NCBI GenBank assembly: GCA_963761255.1
Contig: CAVXGH010000004.1
Location: 230,890-294,889 of the forward strand
Source: an uncultured delta proteobacterium
GTDB taxonomy: Bacteria; Desulfobacterota; Binatia; Binatales; Binataceae
Reading direction: 5' to 3'
Length of the DNA: 64,000 nucleotides
Below are positions 17,817 to 26,024 of the stretch, one piece after another. A program made the position numbers and the translations under genes. The notes beneath the pieces are model-generated. The model worked only from the letters and a program-made list of their open reading frames with translations. It did no database searches and was not told the origin of the DNA. Each line of letters begins with the position of its first letter. Position 1 is the first letter of the stretch.

Positions 17817-18792
17817 ATGGGTGACGTACTGATTTTTGCCGAGCATCAACTCGGCCATTTTCCAAAAACCACTCTGACCGCTATCCACGCCGGCCTCGAA
17901 CTCGCGCAAAAGCGCGGCGGCAAGGCGATCGCGGTGGTCGCGAGCGACAACCCCGATGCGCTCGCTGCCGACATCGCGAAGTACGGCGTCGCGAAGGTGA
18001 TCGCGCTCGCCAGCCCGGCGCTGAAGAACTACCTCGCCGATGCGCACGCGCAGGCGCTTGCCAACCTCGTCAAGGCGACCGGCGCCGAGTACGTCCTCGC
18101 GACGGCTACTGCGATCGGCAAGGACCTGATGCCGCGCCTGGCCGCGCGCATGAAAGCGCCGATGGCGTCCGACATCAGCTCGATTGGCGAGGACGGAACC
18201 GTGGTCCGTCCGATGTATGCCGGCAACGCGATGGCGACGGTCGAGCTCGATGGTCCGGTGAAGGTCATCACGGTGCGCGGCACCGCCTTCGATGCCTCGA
18301 AGCCCGACTGATGCCGCCGCTCCGATCGAGAAAGTCGCTGCCGAGATCGACACCGCGTCGACCAAGATGGAGTTTGTCTCCTTCAACCAGACCAAGAGTG
18401 ATCGTCCGCAACTCACCGAGGCGCGCATCGTCGTGTCCGGTGGCCGGGGCCTCAAATCGGGCGACAACTTCAAGACGGTGCTCGAGCCGCTGGTCGATGA
18501 GATGGGAGCCGCGATGGGCGCCAGTCGCGCCGCCGTCGATGCGGGCTTTGTGCCCAACGATTTGCAGGTCGGTCAGACCGGCAAGGTCGTCGCGCCCGAA
18601 CTGTATGTGGCGGTGGGAATTTCCGGCGCCATTCAGCATCTGGCGGGGATGAAGGACTCCAAGATCATCGTCGCGATCAACAAGGATGAGGAAGCGCCGA
18701 TATTCAACGTCGCCGACTACGGCCTGGTCGCCGATCTCTTCAAAGCGGTCCCCGAGATGGCCGAGGAAGTGAAGAAGGCGAAAGCTCACTAG
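17817..18792 (+). pseudogene. etfA: Electron transfer flavoprotein alpha subunit; frame broken by a 1-nt indel in a CCC run near 18301-18303
   Basis: ORF 17817..18311 (MGDVLIFAEHQLGHF...[15 protein letters not shown]) holds the N-terminal domain. ORF 18292..18792 in the +1 frame (…[17 protein letters not shown]...[10 protein letters not shown]...[37 protein letters not shown]...) holds the FAD-binding C-terminal domain. aag ccc gac tga becomes aag ccg act gat... if one C is removed. Confidence 0.8.
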
Positions 18793-18813
18793 AACCGAGT
18801 TATCACCAAGACG

Positions 18814-18847
18814 AAAAAGGGCCGTTCATCTGAACGGCCTTTTTTTT
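18814..18847. terminator. Bidirectional rho-independent terminator between convergent etfA and the lipoprotein gene
   Basis: aaaaa-GGGCCGTTCA-tc-TGAACGGCC-ttttttttt: a 9-10-bp stem flanked by an A run on one side and a T run on the other. Confidence 0.6.
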
Positions 18848-18851
18848 GCCA

Positions 18852-19406
18852 TCAATGGTGGCCACCGCCGCCGTGGCTGCTGATGCCGTGACCGCCGCCG
18901 TGGCCGCGCGAGTGAATACCGGTACCGCCGCCACTGCCCGCAGAGTAGAACGGTCCGCGGCTGTGAATGATCATCGGCCAGGCGCCGAAGAATACCGGCG
19001 GTGGGAACGCATACGCGAACGGACTCAGGTACGCGACCTGCTCCGGCTCTATATCATTCACGTATTCCGCAGTGTCGTGCTCCTGCTGAAGGATTCCGGC
19101 ATAGGTTTCGTAGGTCGCCTGATCGCCTTCATAGAGGCAGTGACAGATAGTGGGGTCCGCATACCAGAAGACGTTGCCGGTCGCGCTCTGATACCGGTTG
19201 AGCCGATGCATCGGCAGTTGCGCCACGGCACCGTTTTGGTCCGGATTCTCGATGGCAACCCTCCTGAATCCCGCCTTCACTAACCGCGCCTCCGTCTCCA
19301 GCACTTTCGAGGGTTCGTTGGCTTCATGGTTGTCGTAGAGTGAGCATGAGGCAGCTAGCGCGAGGATCACGCTCGGCAGGATCGCTTTGATGAACGCGGT
19401 GCGCAT
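18852..19406 (-). CDS. Lipoprotein with a His/Gly-rich C-terminal tail (possible metal-binding)
   Basis: Signal and lipobox MRTAFIKAILPSVILALAASCSL. The C-terminus reads GSGGGTGIHSRGHGGGHGISSHGGGGHH. The start is taken at the internal M (the ORF extends to 19439). Confidence 0.55.
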   Translation of the reverse strand: MRTAFIKAILPSVILALAASCSLYDNHEANEPSKVLETEARLVKAGFRRVAIENPDQNGAVAQLPMHRLNRYQSATGNVFWYADPTICHCLYEGDQATYETYAGILQQEHDTAEYVNDIEPEQVAYLSPFAYAFPPPVFFGAWPMIIHSRGPFYSAGSGGGTGIHSRGHGGGHGISSHGGGGHH

Positions 19407-19410
19407 CGTT

Positions 19411-20826
19411 TCAAGGATTCTTAGCATGAGTGGACGCAATCACCTCGCGCGCCAGGCGCACCAGGCCTTCGATATCGAAATCGTCCCACTCCTGCGCCGG
19501 ACCGAATCGCGTAATGACTAATCGCTCCGAGGGGATGATTACGACGCGCTGACCGAGTAGCCCCGAGGCATAAAATGAATCCACCGGCATGCCACCTCGG
19601 ACCCTTCCCCGAGCGTTTCGATTGCTGCCGCGATTGATCCAGAAGCCGGCGCCGTAGTCGCTGTCGAGAGTCGGCGTCGACGAGTAAGTCACCCATCCCT
19701 CGGGCAAGATCCGATGCCTCTCGACGACGCCGTCATCGAGGTAGAGCATGCCGAAACGCGCCCAATCGCGCGCCGGAGCGAGGATGTAGGTTGAACCGAC
19801 AGGAGTTCCGGCCGCGTCGAACTCCATCGTTACGTGCCGCATCCCGAGCGGTTCGAAAAGCTCGCGGCGCGCGAATCCGAGGACATCGTTGGTGTGGCCA
19901 CCAACCGCATCACGGATGATGCGCGACAGGATGAGGGTGTTGCCGCTGGTGTAGTTCCAAACCGTTCCCGGAGGCGCTTCCAGACCGACGCTTTCCGCAT
20001 AGCTCGCCATGTCACGCTCGAGGTATAGCATCCGCGAGACCGGTGATGCGGGGCCGTTTTCGTCCACCGCGAGTCCACTGGTCATGCGTTCCAACTCGTC
20101 GATCGTGATCGCATGCCGCGGATCATTGGGGTCGCTCCAGGCCGCAACCGGAGCGCGCTGCTCGACTGCGAGCTTATGCTCGCGGACCAGGATGCCGAGC
20201 ATCGCGTTGATAATCGATTTGCTCGCGGAGTATCCGAGCAGCGGCGTATCGATGCCATAACCCGGCGCGTAGCGCTCGGCGATCACATGTCCATCGCGCA
20301 CGATGACGACCGCCTTGGTATGACGAAACGGCCGGCGCCCGGTGGGCTCGGCGAAAACGTGATCGAGCGCGGCGCGCAGCTTCGGGTCGGATGGTTCCAC
20401 CACTGAGGGCGCGGCGATTTCCGGCAGCAGCGCAGGATGTTGGTCCGCATCGTTTGTGGCCGGCAGCGACAGGTCGGGCGATTCATCACCCTGAATCAGA
20501 AGGCATCCGAGTTGATCGTGGAAGACCGCGCGGCTCTCGAAGCTACCGGCGATCGTCGCGCGCACCGCTTTGTTGGTGCGATCGACATCATAGGCGGTCA
20601 GCCCGTTGACCAGCCAAAGTCCCGGTCGCGGTTTGAGGTCTTCAGCGTAGATGACCTCGGGATTTCGCCCGCCGACGAAGGTCTGCGAGCAAAGCGTATG
20701 ACTGACGAGCCCCGTCGCGACACTCAAATCCAGGCTCACCCGATGACATCCGGTGGCGAAGCAGCTCGCGCCCGCGAGCATGAAAATGGTTGACCGCCAT
20801 CCTCGGCGCTGAGCTCGCTGCTTCAT
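19411..20826 (-). CDS. Serine hydrolase of the beta-lactamase/transpeptidase fold (class C / esterase-like)
   Basis: 471 aa with an N-terminal lipoprotein-like signal (MLAGASCFATGC), an S-x-x-K motif (YSASKSI) and a YxN-like region. Confidence 0.85.
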   Translation of the reverse strand: MKQRAQRRGWRSTIFMLAGASCFATGCHRVSLDLSVATGLVSHTLCSQTFVGGRNPEVIYAEDLKPRPGLWLVNGLTAYDVDRTNKAVRATIAGSFESRAVFHDQLGCLLIQGDESPDLSLPATNDADQHPALLPEIAAPSVVEPSDPKLRAALDHVFAEPTGRRPFRHTKAVVIVRDGHVIAERYAPGYGIDTPLLGYSASKSIINAMLGILVREHKLAVEQRAPVAAWSDPNDPRHAITIDELERMTSGLAVDENGPASPVSRMLYLERDMASYAESVGLEAPPGTVWNYTSGNTLILSRIIRDAVGGHTNDVLGFARRELFEPLGMRHVTMEFDAAGTPVGSTYILAPARDWARFGMLYLDDGVVERHRILPEGWVTYSSTPTLDSDYGAGFWINRGSNRNARGRVRGGMPVDSFYASGLLGQRVVIIPSERLVITRFGPAQEWDDFDIEGLVRLAREVIASTHAKNP

Positions 20827-20954
20827 TGGGCAGTGTCGAGGTTAGCGATGATCGAGCCTCGCACCAAGGCAGCGAAATTCCTGCTCGAATGGCGAGCAGG
20901 CGGACTCCGTCATACCTAATGCTCCTCCACCTCAGTTTTCATGCGAGGTCCCGC

Positions 20955-21233
20955 ATGCCATCCAGAACCACAGCCAAAACCTCCAGCGGCAAACGTAAAT
21001 GGGCGCGCACCATCAAGACCGATTCAACCCATCCGCCGGAAGGCACCTTCACCAAGTCCGGCGAGGAGATCGCACGCATCATGAAGCGCAAGAGCGTGTC
21101 GCCCGGCGGCGTCGGCTCGGCGATCAAGATGGTGCAGATGTTCATCAATCGCGGCGGCAAGAAGCTCGGCGTCGCGCGCAAGCGTGAGCTCGAAAAGGCC
21201 AAGCGCATCCTGCAGGAAGAAAACGACGCCTAG
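20955..21233 (+). CDS. DUF3175-domain protein
   Basis: 92 aa from the internal ATG: MPSRTTAKTSSGKRKWARTIKTDSTHPPEGTFTKSGEEIARIMKRKSVSPGGVGSAIKMVQMFINRGGKKLGVARKRELEKAKRILQEE, matching the DUF3175 pattern. The upstream part of ORF 20790.. overlaps the hydrolase gene and is probably not translated. Confidence 0.6.
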   Translation: MPSRTTAKTSSGKRKWARTIKTDSTHPPEGTFTKSGEEIARIMKRKSVSPGGVGSAIKMVQMFINRGGKKLGVARKRELEKAKRILQEENDA

Positions 21234-21305
21234 CTCGAAATGGTTCCCCGCGCGGCCTTCGTCGATGCGTGGGATTCTTCGACGACTCGCCGTAATATCC
21301 CGGAC

Positions 21306-22187
21306 ATGAAGCGCGAAAAGTTCATCAAGCCGTTTCGGGTCGAACATGGAAAACATTTCCGCCTGAAAGACTACGACCCGGGCGAGACTCACGGCTTGAA
21401 GTCGGACGAAGATGCCGCCGAGTTGCTGCAGCGCGGGATCCATCAGATGGCAGAGCTGCAGGACCGGCTCTACGCGCAGAATCGATGGGCGCTGCTGGTG
21501 ATGTTCCAGGCGATGGATGCGGCCGGGAAGGACAGCGCCATCAAGCACGTGATGTCGGGAGTTAATCCGCAGGGATGCGAGGTTCATGCGTTCAAGCAGC
21601 CCTCGGCGGAGGAGCTCGATCATGACTACTTGTGGCGGGCGAGCAAGGTGCTTCCTCGGCGCGGCCACATCGGCATTTTCAATCGCTCATATTATGAGGA
21701 AGTGCTGGTGGTGCGCGTGCATGATGAGCTGCTCAAGAACGAGCGCCTGCCCCATCCGCTCGAGAGCAAGCACGTCTGGAAGCAGCGCTTCGAGGACATC
21801 GTAAACTTCGAGCGCTACCTGACGCGCAACGGAACTGTCATCCGGAAGTTCTTTCTGCACGTTTCGAAGGCGGAGCAGAAGCGGCGCTTCATCGAACGGC
21901 TGAAAGAGCCGCAGAAGAACTGGAAGCTGTCGCCCTCGGACGTGCGCGAGCGCGAGCGCTGGGACGACTATCAGTCAGCCTACGAGGAGATGATCGCGCA
22001 CACCGCGAGTGAGCATTCGCCGTGGTATGTGGTCCCGGCCGACAATAAGTGGTTCACCCGGGTGGTGGTCGCCGAGGTCATCGTGGAGACGCTGGAGAAC
22101 CTGGACCTGCGGTATCCGAAGCTGGACGCGGCGGCGCATCGGGAGTTGAAGGCGGCGATGCGGCAGTTGGCACGCGAGAAAGACTGA
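21306..22187 (+). CDS. ppk2: Polyphosphate kinase 2 (PPK2; polyphosphate:nucleotide phosphotransferase)
   Basis: Walker A region MDAAGKDSAIKHV, ...RRGHIGIFNRSYYEEVLVVRVH..., a lid module and a C-terminal ...WYVVPADNKW... characteristic of single-domain PPK2. Confidence 0.85.
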   Translation: MKREKFIKPFRVEHGKHFRLKDYDPGETHGLKSDEDAAELLQRGIHQMAELQDRLYAQNRWALLVMFQAMDAAGKDSAIKHVMSGVNPQGCEVHAFKQPSAEELDHDYLWRASKVLPRRGHIGIFNRSYYEEVLVVRVHDELLKNERLPHPLESKHVWKQRFEDIVNFERYLTRNGTVIRKFFLHVSKAEQKRRFIERLKEPQKNWKLSPSDVRERERWDDYQSAYEEMIAHTASEHSPWYVVPADNKWFTRVVVAEVIVETLENLDLRYPKLDAAAHRELKAAMRQLAREKD

Positions 22188-22526
22188 CGCGGCGTCGGAA
22201 TATCAGTATCGACACATCGTCGACAAGCTTGGCAGTGGGTTTGTTTTTGCGCTTTCAGGTTCTCCGGAAGTCCCTGGTTTCCCCGCTTCGTTGCGCAACC
22301 CTAGCAATCGATTACGGAGATTCTCATTCGCCTTCATTCGAGTCGAATTTTTGAAAAAACCCTTAATTGTCCTCGATTAAGTGGGTTTGTTTTCGCATAT
22401 TTACCCTTCGGCAGGGAGTATCCATCGTCGCAAAATCTCCTGGCGGTTGGCTTAGTTCACCGATACATCTACAAAGGTACTCGGGTTACGATTACCACTC
22501 TATAGTTTCTCCCTTGGGGGATATCG

Positions 22527-23486
22527 ATGGCCGAGTTAAAGCACGGTTTCGCGAGTACCAACGGCATCAGGATGCACTACGTCGAAGCGGGCAGCGGCCC
22601 GCTGGTGGTGCTATGCCACGGATGGCCGGAATCGTGGTACTCATGGCGCCATCAGCTCCAGGCGCTCGCGGAGGCTGGGTACCATGTCGTCGCGCCCGAC
22701 CAGCGCGGCTATGGCGAGACCGACAAGCCCCAGGCCATCGAGGCCTACAACATCCTGAATCTCGTCAGCGATATCGTCGGCCTCGTGAACTCACTCGGCG
22801 AGGAGCGCGCGGTGATCGTCGGGCATGATTGGGGTGCGCCGGTCGCATGGACGGCGGCGCTGATACGCACCGATATGTTTCGCGGGCTCGGATTGCTGAG
22901 CGTCCCCTACATGCCGCGCTCGCCGATTCGGCCCGAAGAATATTTCAAGGCGATCACTCAGCATAAGAATTTTTATCAGGACTATTTTCAGGAGCCTGGC
23001 AACGTCGAGCAGGAGCTCGAGGCCGATGTCCATCGCTCGATGCTCAGCATCCTCTATACGGGTTCCGGCGATGCGCCGGCGGAAGATCGGTTCAAGTTCC
23101 TGTTCGAAAAGAATCAGCGCTTCGCGGATACTTTTGTGATTCCTGAAAAGCTTCCGCCATGGCTGACCGAGCAGGACCTCGCGTTTTTCACCAATGAGTT
23201 CAAGCAGTCGGGATTTCGCGGCGGGGTGAACTGGTATCGGAATTTTCAGCGCAACTGGGAGATAACCCCGTTTCTCGATGGGGCGAAGGTCATTCGCCCG
23301 ACGGTTTTCGCGGCCGGCGATCGAGACATCGTGATGGACATGGCGGCCGATGGGTACAAGAACCTCGAAAATCATGTGGCGAATCTCTACAAAAAGCATC
23401 TGATTCCCGGCGCAGGTCATTGGATCCAGCAGGAGCGCCCCAAGGAGATCAATCAGTTGCTGATCGATTTTCTCCGGAGTCTTTAG
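22527..23486 (+). CDS. Alpha/beta hydrolase of the epoxide hydrolase-like subfamily (paralog 1)
   Basis: 319 aa with HGWPESWYSWRHQ (the EH-type HGxP motif), nucleophile GHDWGA and a C-terminal ...GHW... catalytic His. Preceded by a 330-nt AT-rich intergenic region. Confidence 0.85.
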   Translation: MAELKHGFASTNGIRMHYVEAGSGPLVVLCHGWPESWYSWRHQLQALAEAGYHVVAPDQRGYGETDKPQAIEAYNILNLVSDIVGLVNSLGEERAVIVGHDWGAPVAWTAALIRTDMFRGLGLLSVPYMPRSPIRPEEYFKAITQHKNFYQDYFQEPGNVEQELEADVHRSMLSILYTGSGDAPAEDRFKFLFEKNQRFADTFVIPEKLPPWLTEQDLAFFTNEFKQSGFRGGVNWYRNFQRNWEITPFLDGAKVIRPTVFAAGDRDIVMDMAADGYKNLENHVANLYKKHLIPGAGHWIQQERPKEINQLLIDFLRSL

Positions 23487-23629
23487 TCGATCTTGATCGC
23501 GGCAACAGCGCGACGTAGTTTCTGATTATTCCCCAAGGAGAGGTTTCATAAGCGTGAGGAAGTAACTGCTCAACCCGGTTGATCGAAAACCACCGCGCGC
23601 GCATCGGCGCCCGCGACCGAGGAGCAGTT

Positions 23630-25129
23630 ATGTTCGTGCGCATTTCACATCTCTCTTTTTCTTTTTCGGATTCCGTCGCGATTCTCCGCGACGCGAACTT
23701 CCAAATCGGCGGTGGGTGGACCGGAATCGTCGGACCCAATGGCGCCGGCAAGACCACCCTGATGCGCCTGATCGCAGGGGAGCTGGAACCATCGTCAGGC
23801 AGCGTCCACTTCGACGGCCCCGCGACTGCGATCCTCCTGCGCCAGACCGTCGAAGACCTCACGCCTGAAATCGGGCGGTTTGCATCTTCGCTCGACGGCA
23901 ATGCGTGCCGACTGTTTGGCGAGCTCGCGCTAAGGCCGGACGATATCGCGCGATGGCCGACGCTCTCACCTGGCGAGCGCAAGCGATGGCAGGTCGGCGC
24001 GGCGCTCTGGAGCGCTCCCGATGTGCTGATGCTCGATGAGCCGACCGACCACCTTGACCTCGAGGCGCGCGATTTTCTGATCGCGGGGCTGCGACGGTTT
24101 CGCGGTATCGGCATCGTGGTTTCGCACGATCGCGAAATGCTCGATGAGCTTTGCGCGTACACAGTCCGCGTCGATCGGGGCACGGCGCGGATATGGCGCG
24201 GCGCGTACTCGGAGGCGAAATGCAGTTGGGAGGCCGAGGAGCGTGAGCAACTCGTGGAGCATGAGCGGCTCAAGCGGGAGCATCAGAAGTTGCGGCGCCT
24301 GCTGGCCGACAAGCTGCGCATCGTCGCTGACGCCGCGGCGACCGCGAGTGCGCGTCATCGGATGAAGAACGCGCACGATCATGACGCGACCGACAAAATG
24401 ACCAAGGGCAAGGCCGGCCTCGCGGCGAAGCGCACCTCGCGCGATGTCACGGTGATGCGGGCGAGGACCGAGCGGGTGGAGGAACAGCTCGACGGCTTCG
24501 AGTTTCGCAAGCAGAAGGGCCGCGCGCTATTTGTCGATTATGTTCCGGCACCGCAAAATCGTGTGCTCGGCATCGACGAAGAAGTGCTCAGAGCCGGCGC
24601 GATCCCCATCCTTCGCGATGTTCATTTGTCCGTCATGCGAGGTGACAAAATCCGGATCGCAGGTCGCAACGGCATCGGCAAGACCACGCTGCTCAAGGCG
24701 ATGGTGGACCGCGCCTACATCGCGTCATCGCGAATCCTGTATCTGCCGCAGGAACTCAGCGCCGATGATGGCGCGGCGCTGTCTGATGCCATCCGCATGC
24801 TCAGGGCCGAAGATCGCGCTCGTGTGCTCACGCTAGTCGCCGCGCTCGGCGTCGACCCCGAAAGAATCCTCGCGTCGGAATCGCCCTCCCCCGGCGAGGC
24901 GCGCAAGTTGAAGCTGGCATTCGGCCTCGGCACGCAAGTATGGGCGATGGTGCTGGACGAACCGACCAACCATCTCGATATTCCCGCGATCGAACGCCTC
25001 GAAGATGCGCTCGCCGAGTATCCGGGGGCGTTGCTGATGGTCACCCACGATGACGCCCTCGCGCGTCGATGCACCTCGATCCAGTGGCGCATCGAGGATG
25101 GTCTTGTCCTCGCTGGATCGTATAGTTGA
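23630..25129 (+). CDS. ABC-F family ATPase (two tandem ABC domains, no TMD)
   Basis: Two Walker A motifs (GPNGAGKTT; GRNGIGKTT) and two signature/Walker B segments separated by a charged linker (EHERLKREHQKLRRLLADKLR). GAGGAG RBS upstream of the ATG (MFVRISHLSF). Confidence 0.85.
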   Translation: MFVRISHLSFSFSDSVAILRDANFQIGGGWTGIVGPNGAGKTTLMRLIAGELEPSSGSVHFDGPATAILLRQTVEDLTPEIGRFASSLDGNACRLFGELALRPDDIARWPTLSPGERKRWQVGAALWSAPDVLMLDEPTDHLDLEARDFLIAGLRRFRGIGIVVSHDREMLDELCAYTVRVDRGTARIWRGAYSEAKCSWEAEEREQLVEHERLKREHQKLRRLLADKLRIVADAAATASARHRMKNAHDHDATDKMTKGKAGLAAKRTSRDVTVMRARTERVEEQLDGFEFRKQKGRALFVDYVPAPQNRVLGIDEEVLRAGAIPILRDVHLSVMRGDKIRIAGRNGIGKTTLLKAMVDRAYIASSRILYLPQELSADDGAALSDAIRMLRAEDRARVLTLVAALGVDPERILASESPSPGEARKLKLAFGLGTQVWAMVLDEPTNHLDIPAIERLEDALAEYPGALLMVTHDDALARRCTSIQWRIEDGLVLAGSYS

Positions 25130-25161
25130 GAAGCGATAACTTGGAGGTGCAAGGGAAAGTG

Positions 25162-25473
25162 ATGAAGGCGAAAGCGAAAGAACCGGATCGTCGTGTACGA
25201 AAGAAGCCGGTAGCCAGAAAATCCTCCCCATCGGCAGCAACTGGAAAATCCTGGCATGGATTTCGTGCTATCGAAATGGAATGGATGAACAAACATCCTG
25301 AGAAGTTGCGCCCTTATGCGGGTGAGTACGTCGTCGTAGAAGGTACCAAAGTCGTTGCGCATAGTGCTGATGTCGGAAAGGCTATCGACACCGCAAAGCG
25401 GAAGGGAATAAAGATTCCGTTCGTTCTTTTCCTCGAACCAGCGAAACCCAACACTTTTCACGTTGGGCTATGA
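25162..25473 (+). CDS. DUF5678-like small protein
   Basis: C-terminal ...YAGEYVVVEGTKVVAHSADVGKAIDTAKRKGIKIPFVLFLEP matches DUF5678 (…GkWVAivdgkVvahgdsl.ea...ak.kg...PlifrVp). AAGGGA RBS before ATG 25162; a TTG start at 25126 is also possible. Confidence 0.5.
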   Translation: MKAKAKEPDRRVRKKPVARKSSPSAATGKSWHGFRAIEMEWMNKHPEKLRPYAGEYVVVEGTKVVAHSADVGKAIDTAKRKGIKIPFVLFLEPAKPNTFHVGL

Positions 25474-25476
25474 ATC

Positions 25477-25905
25477 GTGACTACGCTGGTCAGCTATGCG
25501 CATTCCTTTCCATATTCCGTCGATCCCATTTCGGGGAGGGCTTTTCCCGGGTTGCCGGTTCGACTGTCTCTGCCTGGAATCCTCGCGCCGGGCATCGATG
25601 TTGAGCCTCACCTGGATACAGGTGCCGAGCTATCGATCTTCGACGGACGGCTTCTGGTTCGAGCAGTGCGTCTCGATCTGATGGCAGGTCGCGAAGTCAT
25701 TCTGGATTCGGTCGGAGGATCATCTCTTGCGGTTAGAATCCACCGGGTCGATCTATCGCATCCTCAACTTGGAAGCTTCACCCTGGATGCCGCGATCAGC
25801 ACAGTTCCGATCGCGCGCAACCTGCTCGGGCGCGATTTCTTTGCGCATATCCAGATTGGTTTTCGCGAGTTCCATCACACCTTCCATATCGCCACCGCTC
25901 CCTGA
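25477..25905 (+). CDS. Retropepsin-like (clan AA) aspartic protease family protein
   Basis: 142 aa with the catalytic HLDTGAELSIF (D-T-G) motif and a downstream hydrophobic-G-hydrophobic region (ISTVPIARNLLGRDFF). GTG start 4 nt after the DUF5678-like stop. Confidence 0.65.
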   Translation: MTTLVSYAHSFPYSVDPISGRAFPGLPVRLSLPGILAPGIDVEPHLDTGAELSIFDGRLLVRAVRLDLMAGREVILDSVGGSSLAVRIHRVDLSHPQLGSFTLDAAISTVPIARNLLGRDFFAHIQIGFREFHHTFHIATAP

Positions 25906-26024
25906 CATCGATTGCGGGCGGCGCGCGGGCGTTGAAAGCCTACCCTCGGTCTGGTTTAAGGTCTCTTGAGCCAACGGGCGCGTTTGCGCCCATCTCGAAA
26001 ACTGCGCAACCGACCGGAGCTGCG

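Noticed and set aside
22190-22520. Small RNA or riboswitch in the 330-nt AT-rich leader of the epoxide hydrolase gene
   Set aside because: Contains repeated GGTTTGTTTT(T)GC motifs and a TTGAAA…GATTAA promoter-like pair, but no recognisable riboswitch core or terminator. Treated as an ordinary promoter region.
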